IMG/VR virus record: IMGVR_UViG_646564533_000005
DNA from: a virus
Taxonomy: Duplodnaviria > Heunggongvirae > Uroviricota > Caudoviricetes
Strand: one strand, 5' to 3'
DNA: 64,000 bases
In this document: piece after piece, positions 53,573 through 63,100 of the stretch
How the letters are laid out: the number at the start of each line of letters is the position of its first letter
Position numbering within the stretch: position 1 is the first letter of the stretch
The notes under the pieces: generated by a model
Told to the model about the DNA's origin: nothing
The model's input: only the letters and a program-made list of their open reading frames with translations
The model's database searches: none
Program-made: the position numbers and the translations under genes

Positions 53573-54094
53573 TTGAAAGCGCAATTAATTTATCCTGAAT
53601 ATGATCAAGTCATTGTTTCAAGAGAACTTGAGAAAGCAGAGCAAGATATTGAATCATCGAAAGATATATTGAAAGGTATTGTTGATGCACTTGATGATAA
53701 GAAGCAATTATTAAAAGAGTTAAGTGATGAATTATATTCAATCAGTGACAGGGAAAAATACTTATCATTACTCATTGAAAGATTTAGTCTTCTTAAAGAC
53801 CAATACTTTATAGATCTACAAAGAATAGATGTTGTATCACAGGCGAATTTCTATTTAAATAATTTTGCAGATATTTATTGTGAGTTCTGTAATACACCGC
53901 AAAAAAAAGAAAATGAAATATCATATGATGATTGTTTTTTGTCGTGTAATGCAGAAAAATTGAAAATCAAAAGCCAGCTGAAAGGATTAATTGAATCAAT
54001 CGGATCTAATGTTCGCGAACATGAATTAATTATGTTAAGAAAAAATGATGTTAATGAAATTTATCAAGCAGAAAAAGTGATTTTAAGACGTTAG
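53573..54094 (+). CDS. coiled-coil segment (probable ATPase arm), same frame as the preceding fragment
   Basis: heptad-rich Lys/Glu sequence; TTG start without SD; same frame as 53363..53551. Confidence 0.4.
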   Translation: MKAQLIYPEYDQVIVSRELEKAEQDIESSKDILKGIVDALDDKKQLLKELSDELYSISDREKYLSLLIERFSLLKDQYFIDLQRIDVVSQANFYLNNFADIYCEFCNTPQKKENEISYDDCFLSCNAEKLKIKSQLKGLIESIGSNVREHELIMLRKNDVNEIYQAEKVILRR

Positions 54095-54161
54095 AAGATA
54101 AAAATATAAAACAATACATTCATCTCTTGAATCACTTTATGAATATAAAGACAATCTTTTA

Positions 54162-54728
54162 ATGGATCACACAAAACATAGCATTCTATCCTCATTACAA
54201 GATAAAGAAGATGATGTTGACGAACTTAAATACTCCGCCGAGGACTTTGACTCCTTAACAGTAGCTGATTTGTATGATATAGAAATAGCGATGCAAGACT
54301 TTTTGAATGATATAAATTTTGAAAATTCTAAAGATAACAAAGTGCGATTTGACGAAGATACATATGACTTTAATATCAATGGGAAACGCCGAGGAATGTT
54401 TGGTAAAGGTACCCGTGCAGTAATGCATGCTATATTTACCATTTGCTTTGCGGAATTTTTATCAAGAAAAGGGAATCCATTCATTGGATTTGTTGTGCTT
54501 GATAGTCCATTAGTGACGCACTTTGATAAAGATAGAGGGGTTTCTCTATCGGATGTTAATAGCGTCAGTCTCAGTGATTCATTTTATCACGCATTAATCA
54601 AAAGGGACTATAATTTCCAGATTGTAATTCTTGAGAATAAAGGTCCGACGTTCCAAATAAAAATTAATGATGCAAATAAAATCCATAACTTAAATAAGAA
54701 TGGAAGCTCTGGTTTTTATCCTGTTTAA
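54162..54728 (+). CDS. ABC ATPase C-terminal head-like fragment (signature-like and Walker B-like motifs)
   Basis: GMFGKGTRAVMHAIF followed by hydrophobic strand FIGFVVLDSP and THFD; no SD before the ATG. Confidence 0.4.
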   Translation: MDHTKHSILSSLQDKEDDVDELKYSAEDFDSLTVADLYDIEIAMQDFLNDINFENSKDNKVRFDEDTYDFNINGKRRGMFGKGTRAVMHAIFTICFAEFLSRKGNPFIGFVVLDSPLVTHFDKDRGVSLSDVNSVSLSDSFYHALIKRDYNFQIVILENKGPTFQIKINDANKIHNLNKNGSSGFYPV

Positions 54729-55137
54729 TACATTAAAAATATAACTGCTAATTGGGGTGCTCGAAATTATATTTCGTTTCGAGCGCTCAGTTCATTTCTA
54801 AATAATTTGCAAAATTATTTTGGGTACTTTCGCCTCTACACTTCCTTCGGGTGGTTCCACAATAATGGATCTCACCGGCGTTTGATATTTTATAATCTAA
54901 CCCCTTAGCGCGCGCAGCCCCCCACGCCTGCCCGCTTCGCTTAACAGACTGGTTTTCATGCATTCCGCAAATCGTCTCAGAAGCCACCACACAAGGGCTT
55001 TCGCGTCAAAAATGGTGCATGAGAATCATGCGTTTTCATGCGCTATAGACATGCACTCATGCGCTCTCAGGCCAGCCAGGGAAAAGGCGTAAAAAATCCC
55101 AGTACTGGACCGGGATTACGTGGGCTTTTTTTGCTAA

Positions 55138-55410
55138 TCAGACAGGAATTTGCTGACGGCTTGACAGCTTTGACGCGGAGCCATAGCGATTGAGAGTTTG
55201 CTGTTGTTTTTCCGGCATTTGTGCTTTCTCTGATTCCTGTTCATTGCGCCGGGGCTTCATGATTATCGTATCCACACTTTCCAGTGCGGTAAATGTGTAG
55301 GAACATTCAAGATTCTGGCACTGATACCATGAGCGTTTAACCGATGGTGCTTCATAGGCGGAGGTTCTGGCGTGTGCCGTCGTACCGCATTCGGGACATT
55401 TAAGTGCCAT
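55138..55410 (-). CDS. Ogr/Delta-family zinc-finger late-gene activator
   Basis: CPECGTTAHARTS...YQCQNLECSYTF matches the Ogr/Delta C2C2 zinc-finger pattern. Confidence 0.8.
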   Translation of the reverse strand: MALKCPECGTTAHARTSAYEAPSVKRSWYQCQNLECSYTFTALESVDTIIMKPRRNEQESEKAQMPEKQQQTLNRYGSASKLSSRQQIPV

Positions 55411-55415
55411 TAATA

Positions 55416-55967
55416 TTACTCCTGCATGCCGTTAATGTAATCCAGACGTTGCTGAAAGCGCAGTTGTTGTGCAGGGGTGTAAGAGCTCTGGCAATCACGA
55501 ACCATCATGGGGTCAGGCATCACACCGGATTCATCCAGAATCATACGATAATCCCCGGCAATTTCAGGCGGTGTTATTGCCAGCTGGCGAACCAGAGCAT
55601 TGCGTAATATACGGGACGCAACGTCAACCCCTCCGCGCCCCTTCAGGAACGGAGCCAGTGCAGATGTCAGGGCTGCTCCATTCGCCTGCATAAAATTGCT
55701 GAGAGCGTCTTCTGTGCAGGCCTCCATCAGTTGATGCTGCGAGTAAATGCATTCGCGCGCAGCACAGTTAATTTGCCATTTCAGCACATCCAGATGTTCC
55801 CGCTGTAATTCGAGCTGTCGAGCATAATCTGCTGGTTTTTCCATGGCAGTGAGGAGTGATTCTATCTGTTGTTCAACGGCTTTTCGGCTCTCACTATGTC
55901 CAGCCCACAGAATACGGGCATTTCTAAAACTGATAAGCGCTTGGTCTGGAGTGACTCGGGCCATCAT
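55416..55967 (-). CDS. Psu-like (polarity suppression/capsid decoration) protein
   Basis: segment ...FMQANGAALTSALAPFL... resembles P4 Psu as recalled; position in the late operon. Confidence 0.55.
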   Translation of the reverse strand: MMARVTPDQALISFRNARILWAGHSESRKAVEQQIESLLTAMEKPADYARQLELQREHLDVLKWQINCAARECIYSQHQLMEACTEDALSNFMQANGAALTSALAPFLKGRGGVDVASRILRNALVRQLAITPPEIAGDYRMILDESGVMPDPMMVRDCQSSYTPAQQLRFQQRLDYINGMQE

Positions 55968-56716
55968 ACTGCTTTCTCCTTCTCAGCACGTTCCTGACGA
56001 ACCTTCATTTTATGCATAGCTGCTGGAGAGAGTTTATTACTGAAATCCAGACGGGCCGCATAATCCGGGGCAACTCCCGCCAGTTTAAACACGGGGTCCT
56101 GTTCGGGCATCGCATCGTTAGTCAGAGCCGGTCTGGTGATATGTTTATGAATAAAATCTTTCAGCAGTGTGTCCGGGTCATTAACTGAATGCACCACACC
56201 GACAACTGCGCTGGCTTCCCTGCCCATTGTTGATTTGAGCAGGCTTAGTGTCTGGATTAGTGCTTTTCCATGCGACTGCATAAAATCTTCCCAGATTTGT
56301 TTTGCGCGAATACCCACAAGGGTGTCGTGCGCGTGGATATACTTTCCGGCTAATTCCGCAGCCTCCTGTGGCAAAAGTGCATTTTCGCTTTCCTGAGCCG
56401 CCAGCAGCTCATCAAAATCCTCAAGCGTTTCTCGTCCCAGCGCAATTTCCGTGCGCAGTTTTTTCATTTCCTTTGAGACTACGCCCTGACTTTCACGAAA
56501 TAGCGTGCGCCACTCCTCATTCAGGGCGTTCGTCGTGGCTTCCATTTCAGCGCGGCGCTGGCGGATTGTCGCAATATTATCCGCTGCCGCTTTTTGCTGA
56601 CGACGTGCTTCAAGCCATGCAGATTTGGTGGCATTCACTTTCTCAAGCGCCTGTTGCGTCGAAACAGGGATAGAAATTTCAACGATCGGGTTATTGTTCT
56701 GTTCTGGGATTGTCAT
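55964..56716 (-). CDS. Sid-like external scaffold/size-determination protein (tentative)
   Basis: 250-aa coiled-coil-rich protein at the head of the psu/ogr operon. Confidence 0.4.
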   Translation of the reverse strand: MTIPEQNNNPIVEISIPVSTQQALEKVNATKSAWLEARRQQKAAADNIATIRQRRAEMEATTNALNEEWRTLFRESQGVVSKEMKKLRTEIALGRETLEDFDELLAAQESENALLPQEAAELAGKYIHAHDTLVGIRAKQIWEDFMQSHGKALIQTLSLLKSTMGREASAVVGVVHSVNDPDTLLKDFIHKHITRPALTNDAMPEQDPVFKLAGVAPDYAARLDFSNKLSPAAMHKMKVRQERAEKEKAV

Positions 56717-57634
56717 GTCAGCACCTAGTGGTTTGTCGTGGTGTCAATTGTGCTGTGATGCATACAAAGCTGCCATTGAACGCCATTGTGCGAGCGACAA
56801 GACAAAGACCTCTTTTGGCTAGCCAGAAAAGGCCTCGTTTAACTAAGTCTGTTTCAGACTTACCTTAACTATTCACTACTATTCACTTAGGTAAAAAAAA
56901 TAGGTAATACAGAAGGTTATAAGGTGAAGGGTTGGCATGGCAGTATTCATCGACTGTTCATAACTGTTCACATGGGAATAAAATTATTTATGGTATTTTT
57001 TCATAATGGGTGGTTTTTTTATTCCTCGTAGCTATTTGTTTTTTGCTCCTCACCACTATTCACCCTTATTCAGGAGTATTCAACAGGCACATAAATAGAC
57101 TGCATGTTTTTGCCGGGGAATAACATTTTCGCCTCTGGCCATGGTGTTGCATTTCATACTGATTTTTATAAAACTAGATCTGTCCGGTTCTTTATGGATT
57201 CATTCGGATATATTTTACGATTTAAGGTGATGTTATTTAATATCAAGGTTTTTATGCAGGCCCAATGTTTATAAGTTGGATGCGATTCAAAAATATGCCC
57301 GGAAATTGGGGCCTGCAATGCAAGGCCTCGTGTAGAAGTTGTACTGCCTTGCTGTATTGGCGGTGGGGTTAGCACTATCAGGTGCAATGACCCATAGGAT
57401 AGTAAACCCTGGGGGAATGGTAGTTCCTATTAATGCTCCTGTATTTATAGTCCGCAGGCATGGTATTTATTATGTCATTTTATATGGTTTAATCGGGCTT
57501 TAAATTCCATAAAATCAATATGTGACGCTAAATAAAAAATGCGTGCGCAGGTGGTTTATATACACATAATAAGGAACTACCTGAACCCGGATAAATTCAT
57601 CCGGACTGTTGTGGAAATTAAAGAGGGTAGATAA

Positions 57635-57895
57635 ATGCGTAATATTTCTGTGTCTGCGCCAGCTCCTGCTGCGCCATTATTTCCTGTATCGAACCATCAT
57701 GAGCGATTTTTACGCCTGCCTGAGGTGATGCACTTATGCGGGTTGTCCCGTTCGACCGTTTACGACCTGATCAGCCGCGATGCGTTTCCGAAGCAGATCC
57801 CGCTTGGCGGTAAAAATGTCGCCTGGGCACAGTCTGAGGTCAGCGCATGGATGGCGGACCGCATCAGCGCCCGTGGGCGGGGATGTGATGCATGA
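57635..57895 (+). CDS. alpA: AlpA/Vis-family transcriptional regulator
   Basis: [49 protein letters not shown] matches the AlpA HTH pattern. Confidence 0.75.
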   Translation: MRNISVSAPAPAAPLFPVSNHHERFLRLPEVMHLCGLSRSTVYDLISRDAFPKQIPLGGKNVAWAQSEVSAWMADRISARGRGCDA

Positions 57896-58254
57896 TGATA
57901 CCTGCATACATTAAATACCTTTATTCTGGCTTGCTTACTGTCGTCATTTCCAGGTATAGTTTTTCCGCTGTCGCAAAATCGGCAGCCGGAATTGGCGTTC
58001 CGTATAACTTATTGGCGACAATTGACGCCCCTTGCGTCTTTTTTTACGTCGTAGCTCAGGCACAACCATTTTCAGGGCTGTGGTGTTTATGCTTACACCA
58101 TGGTTCTATCGAGATAATGGTAGTCCGGGCGGGGCAGCCTTCGGGCTGGCCGGTTTCCAATAAGGCCGGTTACGCCAACCCCGTTCGGGCTGCCACCAGT
58201 GAAATTGGCGTTTCCGGTGGTAGCAATAACCGCTACTTATTGGAGGCTGCCATC

Positions 58255-58449
58255 ATGGCTACAATCCTCACCCCGTCACACCCGCAATATGTCTTTGTGT
58301 TTGCCGCAATCCGCCGTGCTGACACTCAACCCCGCATCTGTATGCTTCGCACTGTCTCCTGCGATGAGCGTTCCGCGCGCCGTTTGCTAGTCCGAGATTA
58401 TGTACTCTCCCTTTCTGCACGGCTGCCTGCCGGGGAGGTGACGCTATGA
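58255..58449 (+). CDS. small hypothetical protein (64 aa) with good SD
   Basis: GGAGG 8 nt upstream of the ATG at 58255; 4-nt overlap with the next ORF. Confidence 0.4.
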   Translation: MATILTPSHPQYVFVFAAIRRADTQPRICMLRTVSCDERSARRLLVRDYVLSLSARLPAGEVTL

Positions 58450-58667
58450 ACCAGTTTGAGATTTCCTACGACGATGTTGTAAGGCTGAAACATTTACGCA
58501 ATGTGGGTGAGTATGTAACTGGCATGGCAGCCCTGCAGGACTGTTATGAAAAGCCAGCAGGTGCCCAATGCGAACAACTGGTTTCCCTCATTTATCTGAT
58601 GACAGAGCAACTGGATGGAGTGGTGCAACGCTGCCATGACGACCTGATGAATGCGGAGGTGGCCTGA
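58446..58667 (+). CDS. hypothetical protein
   Basis: translationally coupled chain (ATGA overlaps) leading into alpha. Confidence 0.4.
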   Translation: MNQFEISYDDVVRLKHLRNVGEYVTGMAALQDCYEKPAGAQCEQLVSLIYLMTEQLDGVVQRCHDDLMNAEVA

Positions 58668-58990
58668 TGATATGCTGTGAATCTCTTCTGGCACTTCGTG
58701 CCGCTCTGTATCGCCGTGCCGTTGCCTGTGCCTGGCTGGCTCTAAGCAATCATCAGGAACGTTATTCCGGCCTGACGCTCGCTGAACTTGAAGATGCCAT
58801 AGCCCGCGAGCTGGAAGGGTTCTATCTGCGCCAGCATGGGCAGCAAAGAGGGCTGGAAATTGCCTGCGCGTTGCTTTCGGATCTGATGGAGTCGGGGCCG
58901 CTTAAAGCCTGTCCGGTTCTCTCACTGCTCGGAATGACGGTCATGGATGAACTTTGTTCCCGTCACCTCAACAAACCAGCGCTGCACTAA
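58667..58990 (+). CDS. hypothetical protein
   Basis: translationally coupled chain leading into alpha. Confidence 0.4.
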   Translation: MICCESLLALRAALYRRAVACAWLALSNHQERYSGLTLAELEDAIARELEGFYLRQHGQQRGLEIACALLSDLMESGPLKACPVLSLLGMTVMDELCSRHLNKPALH

Positions 58991-59003
58991 GGAGGGCCGC
59001 ACA

Positions 59004-61337
59004 ATGTCAGGAATGAAAGTTAGCCAGGCTGAGAAAGCAGCTCGGGGTCACTGGTCAAGAATTTTACCTGCGCTGGGCGTAAATGTACTGAAAAATCGGC
59101 ACCAGCCCTGCCCGGTCTGTGCCGGGAAAGACCGCTTTCGATTTGATGACCAGGAAGGGCGGGGAACGTGGTTCTGTAACCAGTGCGGGGCAGGTGATGG
59201 CCTGGCGCTTGTAAGTAAAGTACTGGATGTAGGCATTAGTGAAGCGGCAGACAGAATAAACGGCATTATCGGAAACCTGCTGCCAGTATCTCAGGGAATG
59301 CTTGAATCTGGTTCTCCTGAAAAAGAGGACGGGAGAAAAGCTGCAGCAGTGCTGGCTGCCCGTTTGTTTGATAAGTCCCGCCAGACCACTGGCAATGCCT
59401 ATCTGACGAGTAAAGGGTTTCCTGCACTGCCTTGCCGGGAATTAACCGCTATGCATAAAGTCGGTGGTGTGGCATTTCGCGCGGGAGATCTTGTCGTTCC
59501 ATTGTATGCAGATGGAGAGCTGGTAAATCTGCAGTTAATCAACGCTAATGGGGGCAAATGCTTCCTTAAAGGCGGTCAGGTTAAGAATGCCTTTTACCTG
59601 GTTGAAGGTACTGCCAAAGCAGCCAAACGGCTCTGGATAGCGGAAGGATATGCCACCGCACTTACTATCAACTATCTGACTGGCGATGCTGTCATGGTGG
59701 CCTTTTCGTCCGTCAATTTCCTTTCCCTGGCGAGCATTGCCTGCAGTGAGTACCCAACGCACCAGATAATTATTGCTGCTGACCGCGATCTCAACGGTGC
59801 GGGGCAAACAAGGGGCGCAGCTGTTACCGGGGCCTGCAATTGCACAATGGCGCTCCCGCCTGTGTTTGGTGACTGGAACGATGCATTCACGCAAAACGGC
59901 GAAGAAGCCACCCGGCATGCAATTCATGAAGTAATAAAACCAGCTGTTGCCAGCCCCTTCGACACAATGAGCGAAGCTGAATTTACCGCGCTGAGCGTCA
60001 GCGAAAAAGCGCAGAGGGTAGTGGATCACTATAAAAATTCACTGGCAGTAGACCCGAACGGGCAGCTCCTTTCACGCTATGAGGCGGGGGCCTGGAAAGT
60101 TATCTATTACGCCGATTTTGCCCGTGATGTCGCTGCGCTGTTTCAGCGCCTCGACGCACCTTTTTCATCCGCGAAAATTGCGTCTCTCGTGGAAAACCTC
60201 AAACTGATCGTTCCGCAACAGCAGAATCCGGCGCGGCAACTTATCGGATTTCGCAACGGTGTGCTCGATACCCGGACAGGATTGTTCAGCCCGCACGATA
60301 AGAAGCACTGGTTACGTACGCTGTGCGAGGTGGATTACACGCAGCCCGTTGACGGTGAGTCACTGGAAACCCATGCCCCGGCATTCTGGCGCTGGCTGGA
60401 TCGTGCCGCAGGTTTTAATCCTGAAAAACGGGACATTATTCTGGCTGCATTGTTTATGGTGCTGGCTAACCGTTATGACTGGCAGCTGTTTCTGGAGGTC
60501 ACTGGCCCTGGCGGAAGTGGAAAGAGTATTCTTGCTGAAATAGCAACCATGCTGGCGGGTGAAGATAACGCGACCTCGGCAACCATTGAAATGCTTGAGT
60601 CGCCAAGAGAACGAGCTGCGTTAATAGGTTTTTCACTGATTCGACTTCCCGACCAGGAAAAGTGGAGCGGTGACGGGGCCGGACTAAAAGCCATCACTGG
60701 CGGCGATGCGGTATCCGTTGATCCCAAATATCAGAACGCCTATTCAACCCACATCCCGGCGGTCATCCTGGCTGTGAACAATAATCCGATGCGCTTCACT
60801 GATCGTAGTGGTGGAGTTTCACGCCGAAGGGTGATCCTGCATTTCCCCGACCAGATAGCCCCGGAGGAACGCGATACCCAGCTCAAAGAGAAAATTGCCA
60901 GTGAGCTAGCGGTGATTGTTCGCCAGCTTATGCAGCGTTTCAGCGACCCAATGAGTGCCAGGACATTGCTTCAGTCACAGCAGAACTCCGATGAAGCGCT
61001 CACCATCAAACGTGATGCTGATTCAGCTTTTGATTTTTGCGGCTACCTTGAGGTCCTACCTGACACCACGGGCATGTTTATGGGGAACGCTAATATTGTT
61101 CCACGTCAGCCTCGAACTTACCTCTACCATGCCTATCTGGTCTACATGGAGGCTAACGGCTATAAAAATACGCTCAGTCTGACCATGTTTGGCAAGGGGC
61201 TACCGTTAATGCTCAAGGAATATGGGCTGCAGTATGAGAAACGACGGACCAATCAAGGAATGCAGACTAATCTGGCCCTAAGAGAGGAAAGCAATGCTGA
61301 CTGGTTGCCAAAATGCGATGAGTTTGCAGCGAAATAA
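59004..61337 (+). CDS. P4 alpha-type primase-helicase (zinc-binding plus TOPRIM primase plus D5-like helicase)
   Basis: CPVCAGKDRFRFDD...CNQCG zinc motif; Walker A GPGGSGKS; Walker B-like; SD AAGGAGGG upstream. Confidence 0.9.
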   Translation: MSGMKVSQAEKAARGHWSRILPALGVNVLKNRHQPCPVCAGKDRFRFDDQEGRGTWFCNQCGAGDGLALVSKVLDVGISEAADRINGIIGNLLPVSQGMLESGSPEKEDGRKAAAVLAARLFDKSRQTTGNAYLTSKGFPALPCRELTAMHKVGGVAFRAGDLVVPLYADGELVNLQLINANGGKCFLKGGQVKNAFYLVEGTAKAAKRLWIAEGYATALTINYLTGDAVMVAFSSVNFLSLASIACSEYPTHQIIIAADRDLNGAGQTRGAAVTGACNCTMALPPVFGDWNDAFTQNGEEATRHAIHEVIKPAVASPFDTMSEAEFTALSVSEKAQRVVDHYKNSLAVDPNGQLLSRYEAGAWKVIYYADFARDVAALFQRLDAPFSSAKIASLVENLKLIVPQQQNPARQLIGFRNGVLDTRTGLFSPHDKKHWLRTLCEVDYTQPVDGESLETHAPAFWRWLDRAAGFNPEKRDIILAALFMVLANRYDWQLFLEVTGPGGSGKSILAEIATMLAGEDNATSATIEMLESPRERAALIGFSLIRLPDQEKWSGDGAGLKAITGGDAVSVDPKYQNAYSTHIPAVILAVNNNPMRFTDRSGGVSRRRVILHFPDQIAPEERDTQLKEKIASELAVIVRQLMQRFSDPMSARTLLQSQQNSDEALTIKRDADSAFDFCGYLEVLPDTTGMFMGNANIVPRQPRTYLYHAYLVYMEANGYKNTLSLTMFGKGLPLMLKEYGLQYEKRRTNQGMQTNLALREESNADWLPKCDEFAAK

Positions 61338-61344
61338 CTGACCT

Positions 61345-61368
61345 AAGACCGGCTGTGCCGGTCTTAAA
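61345..61368 (+). terminator. stable hairpin after alpha (no U-tract)
   Basis: AAGACCGGC-tgt-GCCGGTCTT perfect 9-bp stem. Confidence 0.35.
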
Positions 61369-61469
61369 TCCGCTACAGGAAATTATCTCAAAATATATAT
61401 CGATAAAATTTAAAAGTTATATGCTAAGGCGTCAGCGGAAAATGCATCTAATTCATTGTTAGATGATGT

Positions 61470-62426
61470 TTATTTTTGAATTGATTTAAACATCCCATCG
61501 AGTTGTAATTTATTTATGTCGGTTTTCTTTATGGCTTTAATTAAGTTTTCAATAACTTCCAAAGAAAAAATTACATCTTTCTTTTCAATTCTAACCCCCC
61601 CGTGGTGGCTGCAAGCATTAAGGATGTCCTTTGTAATTTCAACATCATTTTTCATTAATGGTTCATAGTCCAGAGCCTCAATAACAGAAACTAAACTACC
61701 TAGCATTTGCTCTTGGTATTGAACGTTGTTTAAATGCATTATACGAATATTAACAAGCATGAGAATATATTCTAAATATCTCCTGGCAGTATTTCCTTTC
61801 TCTTGTAAAGAATCACGATCATATTCCTCAATACTCATGACTTCATTATGTAAAGAGGCTATTTTGTGCTCTGCTAATGAAATATTTATCGCATCCATGA
61901 GGTTTCGTGAGAAGCCTGTAGATGTAACATGACCATTTGCGGGCCTTGTTAAAATACATGTAGTATAGCAATTTATATTTGGGGTCTGGATTGTCTCATT
62001 TACTCTTTTAACCGTTCTATAAACGTCTACCATATAAGAACCTGAGTTTTCAAATGAACATGAAGAGCATTTTGTATTATATATTCTATTTAGAGATAAC
62101 TGATTGTGATAGTATCCCTTTAAGAAAGCATATATAGTGTCATTAAACTCGACAAACACAACGGACTCAATATATATATGGAATTTATCATTGGGGTGCC
62201 ACTCTAATTCAAGTCTTCTTGTAGAGTCATCAAAGGAAAAGTTTGAAATAAAATTCCAGTTACCTAAATCTATAAAATCAACGATATTTCTACCTGCACC
62301 ATGGATATTTTTATTTATTAAAGTTGTGATTGAGTTTTTTATAATATCCCAATCATGAATTTCATGATCGAATTTATTATTGATGGTTTCTTTTATTTGA
62401 TTGGAAAAGTTTGAATAACTAGTCAC
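61470..62426 (-). CDS. orphan AT-rich protein of unknown function (318 aa), att-proximal cargo
   Basis: long ORF with strongly AT-biased codons; Asn/Ile/Lys-rich; no family recognised. Confidence 0.55.
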   Translation of the reverse strand: MTSYSNFSNQIKETINNKFDHEIHDWDIIKNSITTLINKNIHGAGRNIVDFIDLGNWNFISNFSFDDSTRRLELEWHPNDKFHIYIESVVFVEFNDTIYAFLKGYYHNQLSLNRIYNTKCSSCSFENSGSYMVDVYRTVKRVNETIQTPNINCYTTCILTRPANGHVTSTGFSRNLMDAINISLAEHKIASLHNEVMSIEEYDRDSLQEKGNTARRYLEYILMLVNIRIMHLNNVQYQEQMLGSLVSVIEALDYEPLMKNDVEITKDILNACSHHGGVRIEKKDVIFSLEVIENLIKAIKKTDINKLQLDGMFKSIQK

Positions 62427-62940
62427 TTGTTAGCCTCAAAATTAATAATGAGTATTAAAATTTAATTGATATTGTCTATAAAATGTAGCGATGCAATTTT
62501 ATTGCAACGAAATGATTTTTACAACATACCATTATCGCTAAACAAAATCGCACCCATCAAATCAACTTACGTTACAATCACTACAAAGCGATTGCATTTA
62601 AATTCAAAACAGTTTTCTGTTGGGCGCATTTTTTGTTGTACTGGACTAAAGAGAAAAAATGGGGTAAGGAACAAATACCTTCCGTGCTCAAAAATTAGGT
62701 TTTTATGCACTTATTAATCAGTCAAGGTGAACAGTAAAGTGTTCACTTCTTATCAATCGTTAATTTCATATCTTTTTGAATATTAATGAAAAAAACACAA
62801 TGAGTAGTATGAACAGTTTTCCCCCAAAAAAAGTTTTTTCTGCCTTGAGAATGCGCGGAAAGCGAACGCCTTCACCAATGTGTATAGGGGGGTGTGTAGT
62901 TTAAATCTTCTATTTTAATTTATGTATTAAAATCATTGTG

Positions 62941-62974
62941 TTGGTGGCGATTATTGGTTCCTATTATCGCACCA
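62941..62974. repeat. att core, copy 3 (degenerate, with deletions), right border
   Basis: ggttc-ctattatcg-cacca aligns to the thrW 3' end with two short deletions. Confidence 0.6.
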
Positions 62975-63042
62975 TTTAAATCAAGTAGTTACCCCATATT
63001 TAAATACACCACGTTTCCTCCTGTGCCGCATTTGTGCCATTG
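62975..63042. other. fossil integrase 3'-end remnant (diverged copy of 1092-1160)
   Basis: about 85 percent identical by eye to the segment right after thrW that encodes the int C-terminus. Confidence 0.55.
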
Positions 63043-63100
63043 TAACCCTGGCAATTAATCAAAATACTGTTCTGACATCAGGCAATGCAGGTGCAGACAT

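Larger units (their letters stand above)
50105..62974. mobile_element. P4-like phage satellite (int, hotspot, ogr/delta, psu, sid-like, alpA, alpha primase) integrated in tandem at thrW att
   Basis: gene content and order parallel P4 (int, variable region, psu-delta-sid late genes, immunity region, alpha); flanked by att copies. Confidence 0.75.

Noticed and set aside
54787-54990. 67-aa minus-strand ORF in the satellite hotspot-to-ogr intergenic region
   Set aside because: No RBS, GC-rich island within a probable cos/regulatory region; likely spurious.
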